From: Pseudobdellovibrionaceae bacterium
GTDB lineage: Bacteria > Bdellovibrionota > Bdellovibrionia > Bdellovibrionales > Bdellovibrionaceae
Length of the DNA stretch: 21,841 nucleotides
NCBI GenBank assembly: GCA_041288045.1
Contig: JBGGMM010000235.1
Location: forward strand, 1 to 21,841
Direction: 5' to 3'
A program made the translations under genes and the position numbers. Shown here piece after piece: positions 1-8,701 of this stretch. The first letter of the stretch is position 1. The number at the start of each line of letters is the position of its first letter. Under the pieces are notes generated by a model. The model was not told the DNA's origin and searched no databases. It was given only the letters and a program-made list of their open reading frames with translations.

Positions 1-27
1 TCTCTCTAGCGCAGATGAAAAAAGCAT
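1..27 (-). CDS. 5' end of a gene running off the left edge (MLFSSALER...)
   Basis: Minus-strand GGAGGAG (31-37) closely precedes an ATG at 27; the frame is open to position 1. Only 9 codons are visible. Confidence 0.5.
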
Positions 28-639
28 ACGCTCCTCCTGCAAGATCAGACTAAAGCACGGCCTAGACAATGTTGGCGCCCCTGAGAAGCATCTCAGATCA
101 CTATATAAAATAAAAATTCCAAATGAGAAAAACGCGAAAAAGCTCGTCAAACTTTTTTTGATTTCGACGCAAAATTTAAAGCATTTTCTGCATCCATAGA
201 GAGCTGATCTATTGATCCCCTTTGCGAGCATATTCTTTGAAAACACCCACTTCTTCAAATCAGCAAAAAGACGTTCATAAAGAGCCGAGCCAAGTCCTTT
301 CGATTTCTGGTTAGGATCAAGGTAAATGCTGGCTTCGACTGTTTTTGAAAAATACTTTCCCTCTCGATATCGACTGCTGAATGCAAACCCAATTATTTTC
401 CCATCCCGGATCCCAACCCAAATTCGATGCGGTCCAGTGGAGTTGTAACGACCGAACCATTCATGCAATAGTCTCAAAGACTGAGCGTCCAACTGAAGTT
501 CCTGTCCACAAACTAAACAGGAAAATCTTACAGCCCTTTTCGCTTTTAAACCACCTCAACAAGATCCTGACAGAGTTTTTTCCGAAAATACCTTATACCA
601 AAGGCTCCCCCAAATCCCCTTACTGACGAAGGAGTCATT

Positions 640-1002
640 ATGATGAAGAAATTAGCTCTGTTGGTTTTCACTTTCGTTTCTGTTCAAGCCCTGGCTGTTG
701 AGTTCAAAGCGGACTCTCAGTTGCCGCGCGCTCTTCAGAAAAAAATTGCCAAACAAGTCGAACTCAATTGCTATCTAGCCAGCAACCTAACTGAAGTTGA
801 GACAGTTGTTCGTACTGAGAAATCGGATAGCAACGGCATGTACGACTCTTATTTCACTACGACGTTTCAAGGCTCACTGATGATCGATCAAGAAATCGTT
901 GACGGTGTGACGATCATTGTAGAAAGCGCTGAGTACTCGTTTTACAATGGCGATAACACCACAGTATTCTCGGTTAAATCCCCTCATGGCGCTTGCCTCT
1001 AA
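640..1002 (+). CDS. secreted hypothetical protein (120 aa)
   Basis: AAGGAG SD directly upstream; Sec-type signal peptide MMKKLALLVFTFVSVQALA; two Cys. Confidence 0.85.
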   Translation: MMKKLALLVFTFVSVQALAVEFKADSQLPRALQKKIAKQVELNCYLASNLTEVETVVRTEKSDSNGMYDSYFTTTFQGSLMIDQEIVDGVTIIVESAEYSFYNGDNTTVFSVKSPHGACL

Positions 1003-1306
1003 TTGCTGCTGCCATTTCAAAAAAGGCCCGGTGCCACCACCAGCGATGTCCCACCGAAAAATTCAAGAAATTTGCGGCGGGAGAGTCGGTGATCAGGTAT
1101 TTTCAAAATTAAAATAACAAGCACTGAAGCCCTGCCTTCAGCGATCAAAACCAGATCCTAACAAAAATTCAGCGCAAATCGCTTGTGGATACCAGGCCAA
1201 TGTCGGGCCTTTGTGCGCAACGTTGCAAGAGTCCCCTTCCCCTAGATGCAACTCGATACCCGACCTTTCTTGATAAAATTTGATTTCCCTTCCCCCCTCG
1301 GGCCAA

Positions 1307-2392
1307 ATGGAAGAAATGGAACAAAATCCAAACAGAACGATTTTGATCTTGAAGAGCGCCTCGGATCAGCTTGCCGATATTGAGATCTTTCTGAAAAGTC
1401 GCGGCTTTCAAATCACGATTGTGAATGAGACCCGTCAGGCAATGCGAGAGATCATGGAGAAGCGACCAGCCTATGCTTTTCTTTCTGCCAATCTTTTGCC
1501 CCAATCCTGCACCTGGCTGTTTGGTGTGCTCAATCAGATCACCAGCGTGATTCTTTTCGTGAATCGAATTTCAGCTAAAAATTTGGCGATCACGCGAGAT
1601 CTCAATGGAGCCTATTTGTTGGAGCCGCCATTGACGCCCCTGGGAATGGATCAAATCCTCAGACGAATTGAAAAAGACAATCAGAAGCAAACGCTTTTGA
1701 CTTCGAAACTGAATGAAACCCATTTGCAGATTCTTTCACTCTTATCAGAAGCGTCTTTGAAAGCTCACTCACACCCCCGAATCCAGGGAGCGGCAGCAGA
1801 AAGAATTCAGAGAATCCAGAGAGTCACTTGCTTTCGAGTTCAGACTCCCGTGTATGCAGGATGCTTTGTGATTGCCTATGGAAAAAGTCGACTTCTCGAA
1901 GATGGTTGGATTCAAAATCTCCAGACGGAAATGAAAAAATCCCTGGATCTCTTTCATGATCATTTGGAAATGTCGAAAGCAGAGGAAATCACGATTCAAG
2001 AAATTCGTTTTAACAATTGGACGAAAGAACAATCCGATTTCATGCTTCAGGCTGTTCATTTGAATTCCGAAATTGCCATGGCCTTTTTCAAGGATCCAAG
2101 CCCCCTAGATATTAAAAACTCAAGCCACAAAGGCTATGTTGAATTGAAACTGGATCAGATTCCTGGAAACCTGCCCACCAGTTTCGACGTCTATATTTAC
2201 CTTCCACAAAACGCCCACTTTATTCTCTACAACCGCAAAGGCTCAGTCCTCACCGAGCAGAGAAAGAACAATCTGATTGCTGATGGCATTCAAAGCGTCC
2301 TGATCACAAGACGATCTTTCCTGGAAATTCAAAAACAGAGAACACAGCAATTTATCGAACAAAGCTCTCTGGCCTATCAAGCACCTCGTTAA
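1307..2392 (+). CDS. hypothetical signalling protein with a degenerate N-terminal receiver-like domain
   Basis: Long ORF (TTG 1280; ATGs at 1307 and 1316 are more likely starts). The N-terminus follows the REC pattern (TILIL...IEIFLKSRGFQITIV...KRPAYAFLS...LLEPPLT) but lacks the Asp/Lys catalytic residues. Confidence 0.75.
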   Translation: MEEMEQNPNRTILILKSASDQLADIEIFLKSRGFQITIVNETRQAMREIMEKRPAYAFLSANLLPQSCTWLFGVLNQITSVILFVNRISAKNLAITRDLNGAYLLEPPLTPLGMDQILRRIEKDNQKQTLLTSKLNETHLQILSLLSEASLKAHSHPRIQGAAAERIQRIQRVTCFRVQTPVYAGCFVIAYGKSRLLEDGWIQNLQTEMKKSLDLFHDHLEMSKAEEITIQEIRFNNWTKEQSDFMLQAVHLNSEIAMAFFKDPSPLDIKNSSHKGYVELKLDQIPGNLPTSFDVYIYLPQNAHFILYNRKGSVLTEQRKNNLIADGIQSVLITRRSFLEIQKQRTQQFIEQSSLAYQAPR

Positions 2393-2997
2393 TCTTGCGC
2401 TGATTCAGAGGATTCTAAGCTTTCCCACAAAAACAAATCTGACGTTCCATCACGAATAAACTGCATCACATCGTCGGAAAAAGGCGGACCATAAGACGCG
2501 AACTCAGAATTCTGCTCGCTATCGACGTGATAAATCTCTGCACCAGTGATCCGAGTCTGCAACTGCACAGTGGGATTTTGTGATTGGATCAGATTCAACC
2601 ATTCCGACATCAGAATCACTTTCGAATCAAGCACTGTGTCCAAAACCCACACCTGACCTTTCGAATCTTGAAAGCCAGCCACAGCATGAAACACCCAACT
2701 GGCCTGCCGACCATCGGCCAATTTCAAAATAACTTTTTCATTTTCCGATTTTGTTTGGATGAAAACCTTCAGCGGAGTTTTCCCATCCCGGTGAATCAGC
2801 TGAGCAATCCAATGAGCGCGAATGTAACAGCCGCTTTTCAAATAGCCATGATTAAAATCAGGATCTTTGATCACTTTTTCAAAAATTTGATTCAGAAATT
2901 TCGGAGGAGCAGATGAGTTTGTTTCGGCATCCGCGTCCGCCACAGACAGCACAAGAAAAAAACTCAAAACCACTTGCAACCACAATTTGTTTTTCAT
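2389..2997 (-). CDS. secreted protein-glutamine glutaminase (protein-glutaminase) family protein
   Basis: Signal peptide from ATG 2997 (MKNKLWLQVVLSFFLVLSVADA); motifs GCYIRAH, WVFHAV and VLD match the GCYARAH / WxYHVA / xxD Cys-His-Asp triad pattern of this family. Confidence 0.75.
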   Translation of the reverse strand: MKNKLWLQVVLSFFLVLSVADADAETNSSAPPKFLNQIFEKVIKDPDFNHGYLKSGCYIRAHWIAQLIHRDGKTPLKVFIQTKSENEKVILKLADGRQASWVFHAVAGFQDSKGQVWVLDTVLDSKVILMSEWLNLIQSQNPTVQLQTRITGAEIYHVDSEQNSEFASYGPPFSDDVMQFIRDGTSDLFLWESLESSESAQD

Positions 2998-3135
2998 AAA
3001 CACCCGCCATCCCAATGAGTGCCGCAGAATACCTAAAAATCCCCTTCTTTTCGCCTGTTATGTTTTAGACAAGCCTGTAATTAAGATCTGGTAAAAGCCT
3101 CGACAAGCGGATCAATTGCAAATAAAAGAAACGCC

Positions 3136-3618
3136 ATGAAAAAGACACTCTTCATTCTGATTTTTAGTTTGGTTCTGCAAATCCTCAGCTCAACAGCCGT
3201 CGCAAAACCATTGACCTGCCAGGTCCTTTTCCACAGCCAGGGGGCCAGCTTGAAATCCCCGCTTCTTTTTCATTCCACGCAGCCCTCGCTCTTGCTTTTT
3301 TCTTTATTTGAAGGAGCTGACGGCAGCCAGAACTACCGCCGCTCTGAATTGATTTCACAAAACTATCTTTCGACTTTTTATATTCACCGACAAGACCCCC
3401 GTTGTGAGGTGAAAAACACGTTCACAACCGACGGAAATTTCAATTTTCATTGCGAAAACGTACGGGGCTTTGCTCGCGTCGAAGGACAGCTTCAATGGAC
3501 AGCCAGCCAGAGCCACGGAACCTACACCGAATCCGCATGGATTCACCCCGAAAGCCAAGCAGAAAATTTGCTTCTTATTTTTGCTGACTGCAAATCAGAT
3601 TCAAATCCCCATCATTGA
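3136..3618 (+). CDS. secreted hypothetical protein (160 aa)
   Basis: Signal peptide MKKTLFILIFSLVLQILSSTAVA; four Cys; promoter-like TCGACA-17-TAAAAG just upstream. Confidence 0.75.
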   Translation: MKKTLFILIFSLVLQILSSTAVAKPLTCQVLFHSQGASLKSPLLFHSTQPSLLLFSLFEGADGSQNYRRSELISQNYLSTFYIHRQDPRCEVKNTFTTDGNFNFHCENVRGFARVEGQLQWTASQSHGTYTESAWIHPESQAENLLLIFADCKSDSNPHH

Positions 3619-4065
3619 AAGCTCATTGGCCACTTCGCCAATGGTGAGTCTACGATCCGCTGACAATATCGGAGCCTTTTCTTTTTCTTCTTCCGGCAAA
3701 TGAGAAGCCAGGAACCAAAGAAGGTCATCCGTGGTCAGGATTCCAACTGCCATGTCTTCCGGGTCAGAAACCAGCAGACAAGAAATTTTCTTTTCCAGCA
3801 TTTCAAAGACGGCTTTTCGTAGGGGCCAATCCCCAGGGATGGACTGCACTGGCGATTTCATGGCGAGCTCCACAAATTCAGTTTTGGGATCGCGCACTCC
3901 GATGAGGTCTCGCTGAGAGATCACTCCGACAACCACATCCTCTTCATCAATCACTGGCAGATGCCGAATTCTCTTTTCTCGCATCAGTCGCTCGGCCTTT
4001 TCGATTGGGGTTCCCAGAGGCACGGCAATCAGTCGATGGGACATAACTGTTTTCACGGATGTCAT
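3601..4065 (-). CDS. CBS-domain pair protein
   Basis: Two CBS repeats (VKTVMS...IRHLPVID...VVGVISQRDL; M..PV...ISCLLV...VGILTTDDLL); AAGGAGG SD at 4074-4080. Confidence 0.93.
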   Translation of the reverse strand: MTSVKTVMSHRLIAVPLGTPIEKAERLMREKRIRHLPVIDEEDVVVGVISQRDLIGVRDPKTEFVELAMKSPVQSIPGDWPLRKAVFEMLEKKISCLLVSDPEDMAVGILTTDDLLWFLASHLPEEEKEKAPILSADRRLTIGEVANELSMMGI

Positions 4066-4098
4066 TGCAAGTCCCTCCTTCTCAATAATTCATCAAGA

Positions 4099-4114
4099 TG
4101 CAAGCTTGAAGCCG
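4099..4114 (-). promoter_or_regulatory. sigma54 (-24/-12) promoter candidate for the CBS gene
   Basis: Minus strand CGGCTTCAAGCTTGCA: GG-N10-GC with TTGCA; predicted +1 near 4088, just upstream of the SD. Confidence 0.55.
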
Positions 4115-4206
4115 CTTCAAAAGAAACTGTCAGAACACAAAACGAGAATTTTTGTCTCGCGATTGTTTCTTCAAATGAAATTCAAAGCTCTGTTGGCAAG
4201 AAGTGA

Positions 4207-4222
4207 TTGGCACTTTCCTTGC
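4207..4222 (+). promoter_or_regulatory. sigma54 (-24/-12) promoter candidate for the USP gene
   Basis: TTGGCACTTTCCTTGC matches the consensus TGGCAC-N5-TTGC; predicted +1 near 4234. Confidence 0.75.
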
Positions 4223-4235
4223 CTTCATCCCAGGT

Positions 4236-5150
4236 ATGGAACAAGCAACAAACGCCCTTTGGGCCATTGATCCCTTTGATACTGACAAAACTCCCACCCC
4301 TGAGTCGATTGATTTCGCTCGAGCTCATTTGGGCGGATCTTTTGTCAATACGACTCCACTTTTTGTCTGTGGACCCCATTTTAGCGAAGTCTTGATGCCA
4401 CTTGAAAGAGTGCGTCACTACCTGCAAGAATTTTCGACAGGTCCCATTCGAACTCCCGAGATCATTCGAACCACATCTGAAAAAAAATCCGAATGGGTCG
4501 AAGAAGTTCTCAAAGCTGCGAAAGAAAAAAACTCTCAGCTGATCATTCTCACCAACCATGGGCGCCGGGGATTGTCCAAATTTTTGGTCGGAAGCTTTGC
4601 CGAAAGTCTTTTGGAGATTTCTCCTCTTCCTGTTCTTTTGCTAGGTCAGGAAGTGGCCGAAGACAGCCGAAAGGACCGAGCTCTTTTCGCCACTGATTTT
4701 TCTTCGGAATCTCGAGAGGCCTTTTTTGAATTCATTCGTTTTCTAGCCCCCTCTTTTAAAGAGCTTCTGCTTTATCATGCTGTGGCAATGCCCTCAGGAG
4801 CCGTGGTTGCCAATCAGCTGGGTGGAGCCCCCTTTTACTTTTCACCGGAGCTTTGGCTGGAGCAAGTCAACTGGGCGAAGAGCGAATCCAAGAATTGGCT
4901 CAGTCAAATCAAGCAAATGGATTTGCCGCGAAGTCTGCACATTCACACTGTGATCCAAGAGGCTTTTGGCGATCCAGGCCCCGCCATCCTGAAACTTGCC
5001 GAGCGAGAGGGAATCAGTTTGATTGGCATGAACTCTCATGGAAAAAAACAGCATTCCTTCTTTTTCTCGAGTGTCACAAAAGACGTGCTTTCTTCGGATC
5101 AAGCCGAAGTCTGGGCCTGCGGCCCCCAGTTTGGTTCCAGCTTCCATTAA
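4236..5150 (+). CDS. universal stress protein (tandem USP domains)
   Basis: USP motifs LIILTNHGRRGLSKFLVGSFAESLL...PVLL, ALFATDFS and LIGMNSHG...SVTKDVL. ATG 4236 preferred because GTG 4203 lies upstream of/over the promoter motif. Confidence 0.92.
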   Translation: MEQATNALWAIDPFDTDKTPTPESIDFARAHLGGSFVNTTPLFVCGPHFSEVLMPLERVRHYLQEFSTGPIRTPEIIRTTSEKKSEWVEEVLKAAKEKNSQLIILTNHGRRGLSKFLVGSFAESLLEISPLPVLLLGQEVAEDSRKDRALFATDFSSESREAFFEFIRFLAPSFKELLLYHAVAMPSGAVVANQLGGAPFYFSPELWLEQVNWAKSESKNWLSQIKQMDLPRSLHIHTVIQEAFGDPGPAILKLAEREGISLIGMNSHGKKQHSFFFSSVTKDVLSSDQAEVWACGPQFGSSFH

Positions 5151-5203
5151 TTAGCTATGCCCAGCAGGTTGAAAGTCAGCTTTGAATCAGTTATGACTGA
5201 GAT

Positions 5204-5674
5204 ATGAAAAATGAGCATGACGAGACCCTCAAGAAAGTCCAATCGGCCCTGATGCAAATGCATCGTTACCTGATGAACTCTCTCAAGACGGACCGCGAAA
5301 ACCAGATGGGGCGCAGCATTCCGGCCACTGAGTGGTTTCATCTGATGGTTTCTGATCCTGAGTTCAAATGGCTTCGCACGGCCAGTGGTTTGATGTCAGA
5401 TATCGATGCCCTGATGGACAATTACACAGTCTCTGAAAATGAGCTCAAATTGATTCGGCAAGAATTGGAATCGCTTTTTTTAGTTCCAAATGAAAACCCA
5501 AATGAGTTTCAGTCGATCTACAGTGAAATCGCCAAAAGAAATTCAGATGTCATGCTTTACCATGCGCATCTCAAGCAAATGATTCAGTCTCTGCCCTCGG
5601 GGGGATCGCCAGTGGCGGACACTTCTGAAGTTCGTAAGGCCTGGCATCAAAAACCGCAAAAACATCATTCTTAA
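5204..5674 (+). CDS. hypothetical cytoplasmic alpha-helical protein (156 aa)
   Basis: Full ORF filling the gap, protein-like composition; TTGAAA-17-TATGAC promoter-like element ends 6 nt before the ATG. Confidence 0.8.
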   Translation: MKNEHDETLKKVQSALMQMHRYLMNSLKTDRENQMGRSIPATEWFHLMVSDPEFKWLRTASGLMSDIDALMDNYTVSENELKLIRQELESLFLVPNENPNEFQSIYSEIAKRNSDVMLYHAHLKQMIQSLPSGGSPVADTSEVRKAWHQKPQKHHS

Positions 5675-5862
5675 AAACAGAAAATATTTTTTCCAATTCG
5701 AGAAAATGGAATTCATTTTTTAATCGTGAAAAGATCCGATCAAGATCCCATGAATTTCATGCCGCTGAGAGAAATAGAAGATAAAGATTTTCTGCAGATT
5801 GAAGACTGGTTTTGACGGGACTTCCATTGATCAGATACAGCGACCTAACAACTGGAGGAATC

Positions 5863-6252
5863 ATGACTGCTTCTTTTCCCTCGCTGAGAGGACTTAAGGT
5901 CCTTTTGGCGGAGGATGCAATCGACAATCAAATTCTGATCCGGCGATTTTTGGAAAGCTCTGGTGCATCCATGGACTGGGCTAAAAACGGCCTCGAAGCC
6001 TGCATGCGGGTCCTTCAAACCAATTATGATTTGGTGCTGATGGATATCCAAATGCCCGAAATGGACGGAATCCAAGCCACAAAAAAATTGCGAGCCAGTG
6101 GCTTTCAAAAACCAATTCTGGCCCTGACGGCCCATGCGATGAAATCAGAAATTTCAAAATCCCTTGAAGCTGGATGCAACGAACATCTCATCAAACCGAT
6201 TTCCAAAAACCACCTTGTTTCTAGCATTCGCAGACACCTTCCCCTGCTCTAA
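5863..6252 (+). CDS. single-domain response regulator (CheY-like receiver)
   Basis: VLLAED, DLVLMDIQMPEMDG, PILALTA and KP motifs intact; GGAGG SD before ATG 5863. Confidence 0.93.
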   Translation: MTASFPSLRGLKVLLAEDAIDNQILIRRFLESSGASMDWAKNGLEACMRVLQTNYDLVLMDIQMPEMDGIQATKKLRASGFQKPILALTAHAMKSEISKSLEAGCNEHLIKPISKNHLVSSIRRHLPLL

Positions 6253-6350
6253 ATGGCGGGTAATTTTTACTTGGCCCCTTGCGGCGGTCTTCGGCCTGCG
6301 GTACTTCAACCTGAGCACGGACCCAATCTGATCACTTCCTGGGGGAATGA

Positions 6351-6827
6351 ATGAAGTTTGCTGGACTCGCTGCCTTTCTGCTGTCAGCTCAGTTTGCGAT
6401 TGCAACACCTGCTTTTCCAACGGCTCCGAATGAAAGTCTGACTCCGGGTGAGCTTTGCAAAGACGCTGCAAGCTTCCGATATCCCGAAAAAATTCCCTAC
6501 TGCAACCGTGTTGTCGATCCCAATTTAAAAGCTGACATCATCGATAACTACGACGAAATCCTGCACTTTCGAATCCACACTATGCCGCGCAATAAATTTA
6601 AAATCGATCACTACATCCCACTTTGCATGGGCGGTTCGAACAGCTCCAAAAATCTTTGGCCTCAGCACGAAAGCGTTTATCAAGTGACAGACATGCTCGA
6701 AGAAAAACTCTGTGAGAAAATGGCTGAAGGAGTTCTTTTGCAGAAAGAAGCTGTCGAGCTGATCAAGCGCGCCAAACAGCACTTGAACGAAGCCGATGCC
6801 ATCTATGAACAGATCAATCTGTTATAA
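6351..6827 (+). CDS. secreted HNH endonuclease signature-motif protein
   Basis: Signal peptide MKFAGLAAFLLSAQFAIA; IDHYIPLCMGGSNSSKNLWPQ is an HNH-type motif; GGGGGA SD. Confidence 0.8.
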   Translation: MKFAGLAAFLLSAQFAIATPAFPTAPNESLTPGELCKDAASFRYPEKIPYCNRVVDPNLKADIIDNYDEILHFRIHTMPRNKFKIDHYIPLCMGGSNSSKNLWPQHESVYQVTDMLEEKLCEKMAEGVLLQKEAVELIKRAKQHLNEADAIYEQINLL

Positions 6828-7551
6828 CTTGAGGATGGGCTTTGGCCCATTTGAGCCACAAATCCCGCTTTTCCGCTAATTTGATCTGAGGCTGACCGAA
6901 GGACTGCTGAGTCAGCTTTTCCAAAGCACCAATTGCGGATGCATGCAAACGATGATCACCATCTTGAAGAGCTTTGAAAAACAAAAGTCTTTCATTGCTT
7001 TCCGGTTTTTCGGCCAAGTGACCGAGAATCTGGCTGCGAATCCAAAGCCCCTGCTTTTTACGAAAGTTGTAGCCGGCATTGTACTCTTCCCAAAAAAGAT
7101 CCCGAGTCTTTCGATCCAGACCCTCTCCCAAGACTTCGACAGCCGCTGAACGCACCACGAGAGCTTTGTCCTTGAGCGCTTCTTGAGCTGCCAGTTTGGC
7201 TTTTTGTGGGTGGTAACTGCGAAGTGAGATCAATGCTGCATTTCGCATAAACCATTCAGGTGACTTCAAAGCGGCGTCCAATTCGGGCAAAGCTTTTTCT
7301 TTGCCGACCAATGCCGCCAAAGTCAGAGCTTTCCAGCGTGTCGCCATGCTTTGCTCTTTCGCTTTTGAGATTTGCACAAGCTGGGGAAAAAGCTCTTGGC
7401 CTTTTTGGCTGGCCAATTGATTTCGGTTTTGTTCGGGCAAAGAGAGAATTTCAAGCGCTTGCATTGAACTCGACACTTGTGCTTTTGGCGGCAGTGCCGC
7501 CTGACTTTGCTGAACAAGGAGTGGGATCAAAGATGCCAAAATGATCTTCAT
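6814..7551 (-). CDS. HEAT-repeat protein, probably exported
   Basis: HEAT-like units (SPEWFMRNAALISL, DKALVVRSAAVEVL, DGDHRLHASAIGAL); ATG 7551 lies 1 nt after the upstream stop and begins a signal-like MKIILASLIPLLVQQSQA. Confidence 0.85.
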   Translation of the reverse strand: MKIILASLIPLLVQQSQAALPPKAQVSSSMQALEILSLPEQNRNQLASQKGQELFPQLVQISKAKEQSMATRWKALTLAALVGKEKALPELDAALKSPEWFMRNAALISLRSYHPQKAKLAAQEALKDKALVVRSAAVEVLGEGLDRKTRDLFWEEYNAGYNFRKKQGLWIRSQILGHLAEKPESNERLLFFKALQDGDHRLHASAIGALEKLTQQSFGQPQIKLAEKRDLWLKWAKAHPQVITD

Positions 7552-7552
7552 A

Positions 7553-8536
7553 TCAAGACTCGTTTTTCTTGACGAAATTTTCAAATTCACCCATCAGCTT
7601 TTTATCCTCACTGGAGACATCTTCCAAAGCGGCTGCTTCTTGTAAAAGTTTGTTTTCATCCAGAGAAGAACCCAAGGCTTGGGCGGGATCGACTTCAGGC
7701 ACATTGGTTTTGATCCCAGCCGCTTCAGCCATCATCTTATCCATATCCATTTGTCCCAAATCAACAGTTGCTTCAGCTTCTGTTTTTGGTTTTTGGTTTT
7801 CCACTGCAGCATCAAATTCAGCCATCAAATCGTTGTCGACAGTTGTGCTAACGGTTTCAGACGCGGCGGCTGGTGGTGGAGTCGCCGCTTCCGCAACGGC
7901 CGGAGCTGCTTCAACGGCAGCACTCTCAACAGATTTTCCAACAATCTCGGGCTCTGGCTTGGGAGCCGGCGGAGGCGGTGGCGCGGTCTCGACTGCTGCA
8001 GCAGGAGCTGCTGCCGCCGCAGTTGCAGAGCCACCTCCGGCTTTGAGAGCTTCCAGTTCTTTTTGCAGTTTGACGTTTTGCTCTTTATAAAAAGACAGAT
8101 CGGCAATGTCTTCGCTGATGATTTCATATTCTGAGAGTTTGGCCTGAAGCTCTCGCAGCTGAGCTTCCAGTTTGCTTTTGTCTTCACCCGAAAGACCCGA
8201 TGAGGCAGGGCCTGCAGTCGCGCTGGCGGCAGCTGCATTTAAAGTCTCGATCTGTTGTTGTTTGCTTTGCAAATCCGTTTTTAAATTGGCAATTTCGCTG
8301 AGAAGCTTTTGGCTTTCTTCCGATCCACCGGCAGCTCCAACAGCTGCAGCTGTCGGGACTTGTCCCGCTTTTTCAATCCATTCTTTGAGAGTTTGCTCCA
8401 GCCGGCTGAGGTCCACCGAAGACGTCGGCTCATGACCCGAATCTTGAGTACTTAAAAACCAGCGAATCGATAAAAACAAAATCACCAAGAGAGTGAGCCC
8501 CAAAAGCACTTCGATAATTGTGGCATTATGGCTCAT
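7553..8536 (-). CDS. membrane-anchored hypothetical protein (TM, coiled coils, Ala/Pro linker, acidic tail); true start may be ATC at 8560
   Basis: N-terminal TM helix, heptad-rich segments, AAAAPAAA/PPPP linker, acidic C-terminus. Confidence 0.85.
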   Translation of the reverse strand: MSHNATIIEVLLGLTLLVILFLSIRWFLSTQDSGHEPTSSVDLSRLEQTLKEWIEKAGQVPTAAAVGAAGGSEESQKLLSEIANLKTDLQSKQQQIETLNAAAASATAGPASSGLSGEDKSKLEAQLRELQAKLSEYEIISEDIADLSFYKEQNVKLQKELEALKAGGGSATAAAAAPAAAVETAPPPPPAPKPEPEIVGKSVESAAVEAAPAVAEAATPPPAAASETVSTTVDNDLMAEFDAAVENQKPKTEAEATVDLGQMDMDKMMAEAAGIKTNVPEVDPAQALGSSLDENKLLQEAAALEDVSSEDKKLMGEFENFVKKNES

Positions 8537-8701
8537 GAGGATATTGAGAAACTTTTCGATGGCTTAATCTCCGGAGAATAATCTTTGTGTTTGTCTTTTA
8601 AATTGTGTCTGAGTGTTTGCAGTGGGTCAAGGTCGGGTCAAGTCAGCACCTCCTATCAACTCCTCTGGACCTAGACCCAAGTCGGAGTTAGGCTCTCTGC
8701 T

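Noticed and set aside
381..626. 81-aa ORF upstream of the first full gene
   Set aside because: No SD, no recognisable motif, and it runs through the likely promoter region of the 640 gene.
5816..5831. Possible sigma54 motif CGGGACTTCCATTGAT before the response regulator
   Set aside because: GA instead of the near-invariant GC at -12; too weak to call.
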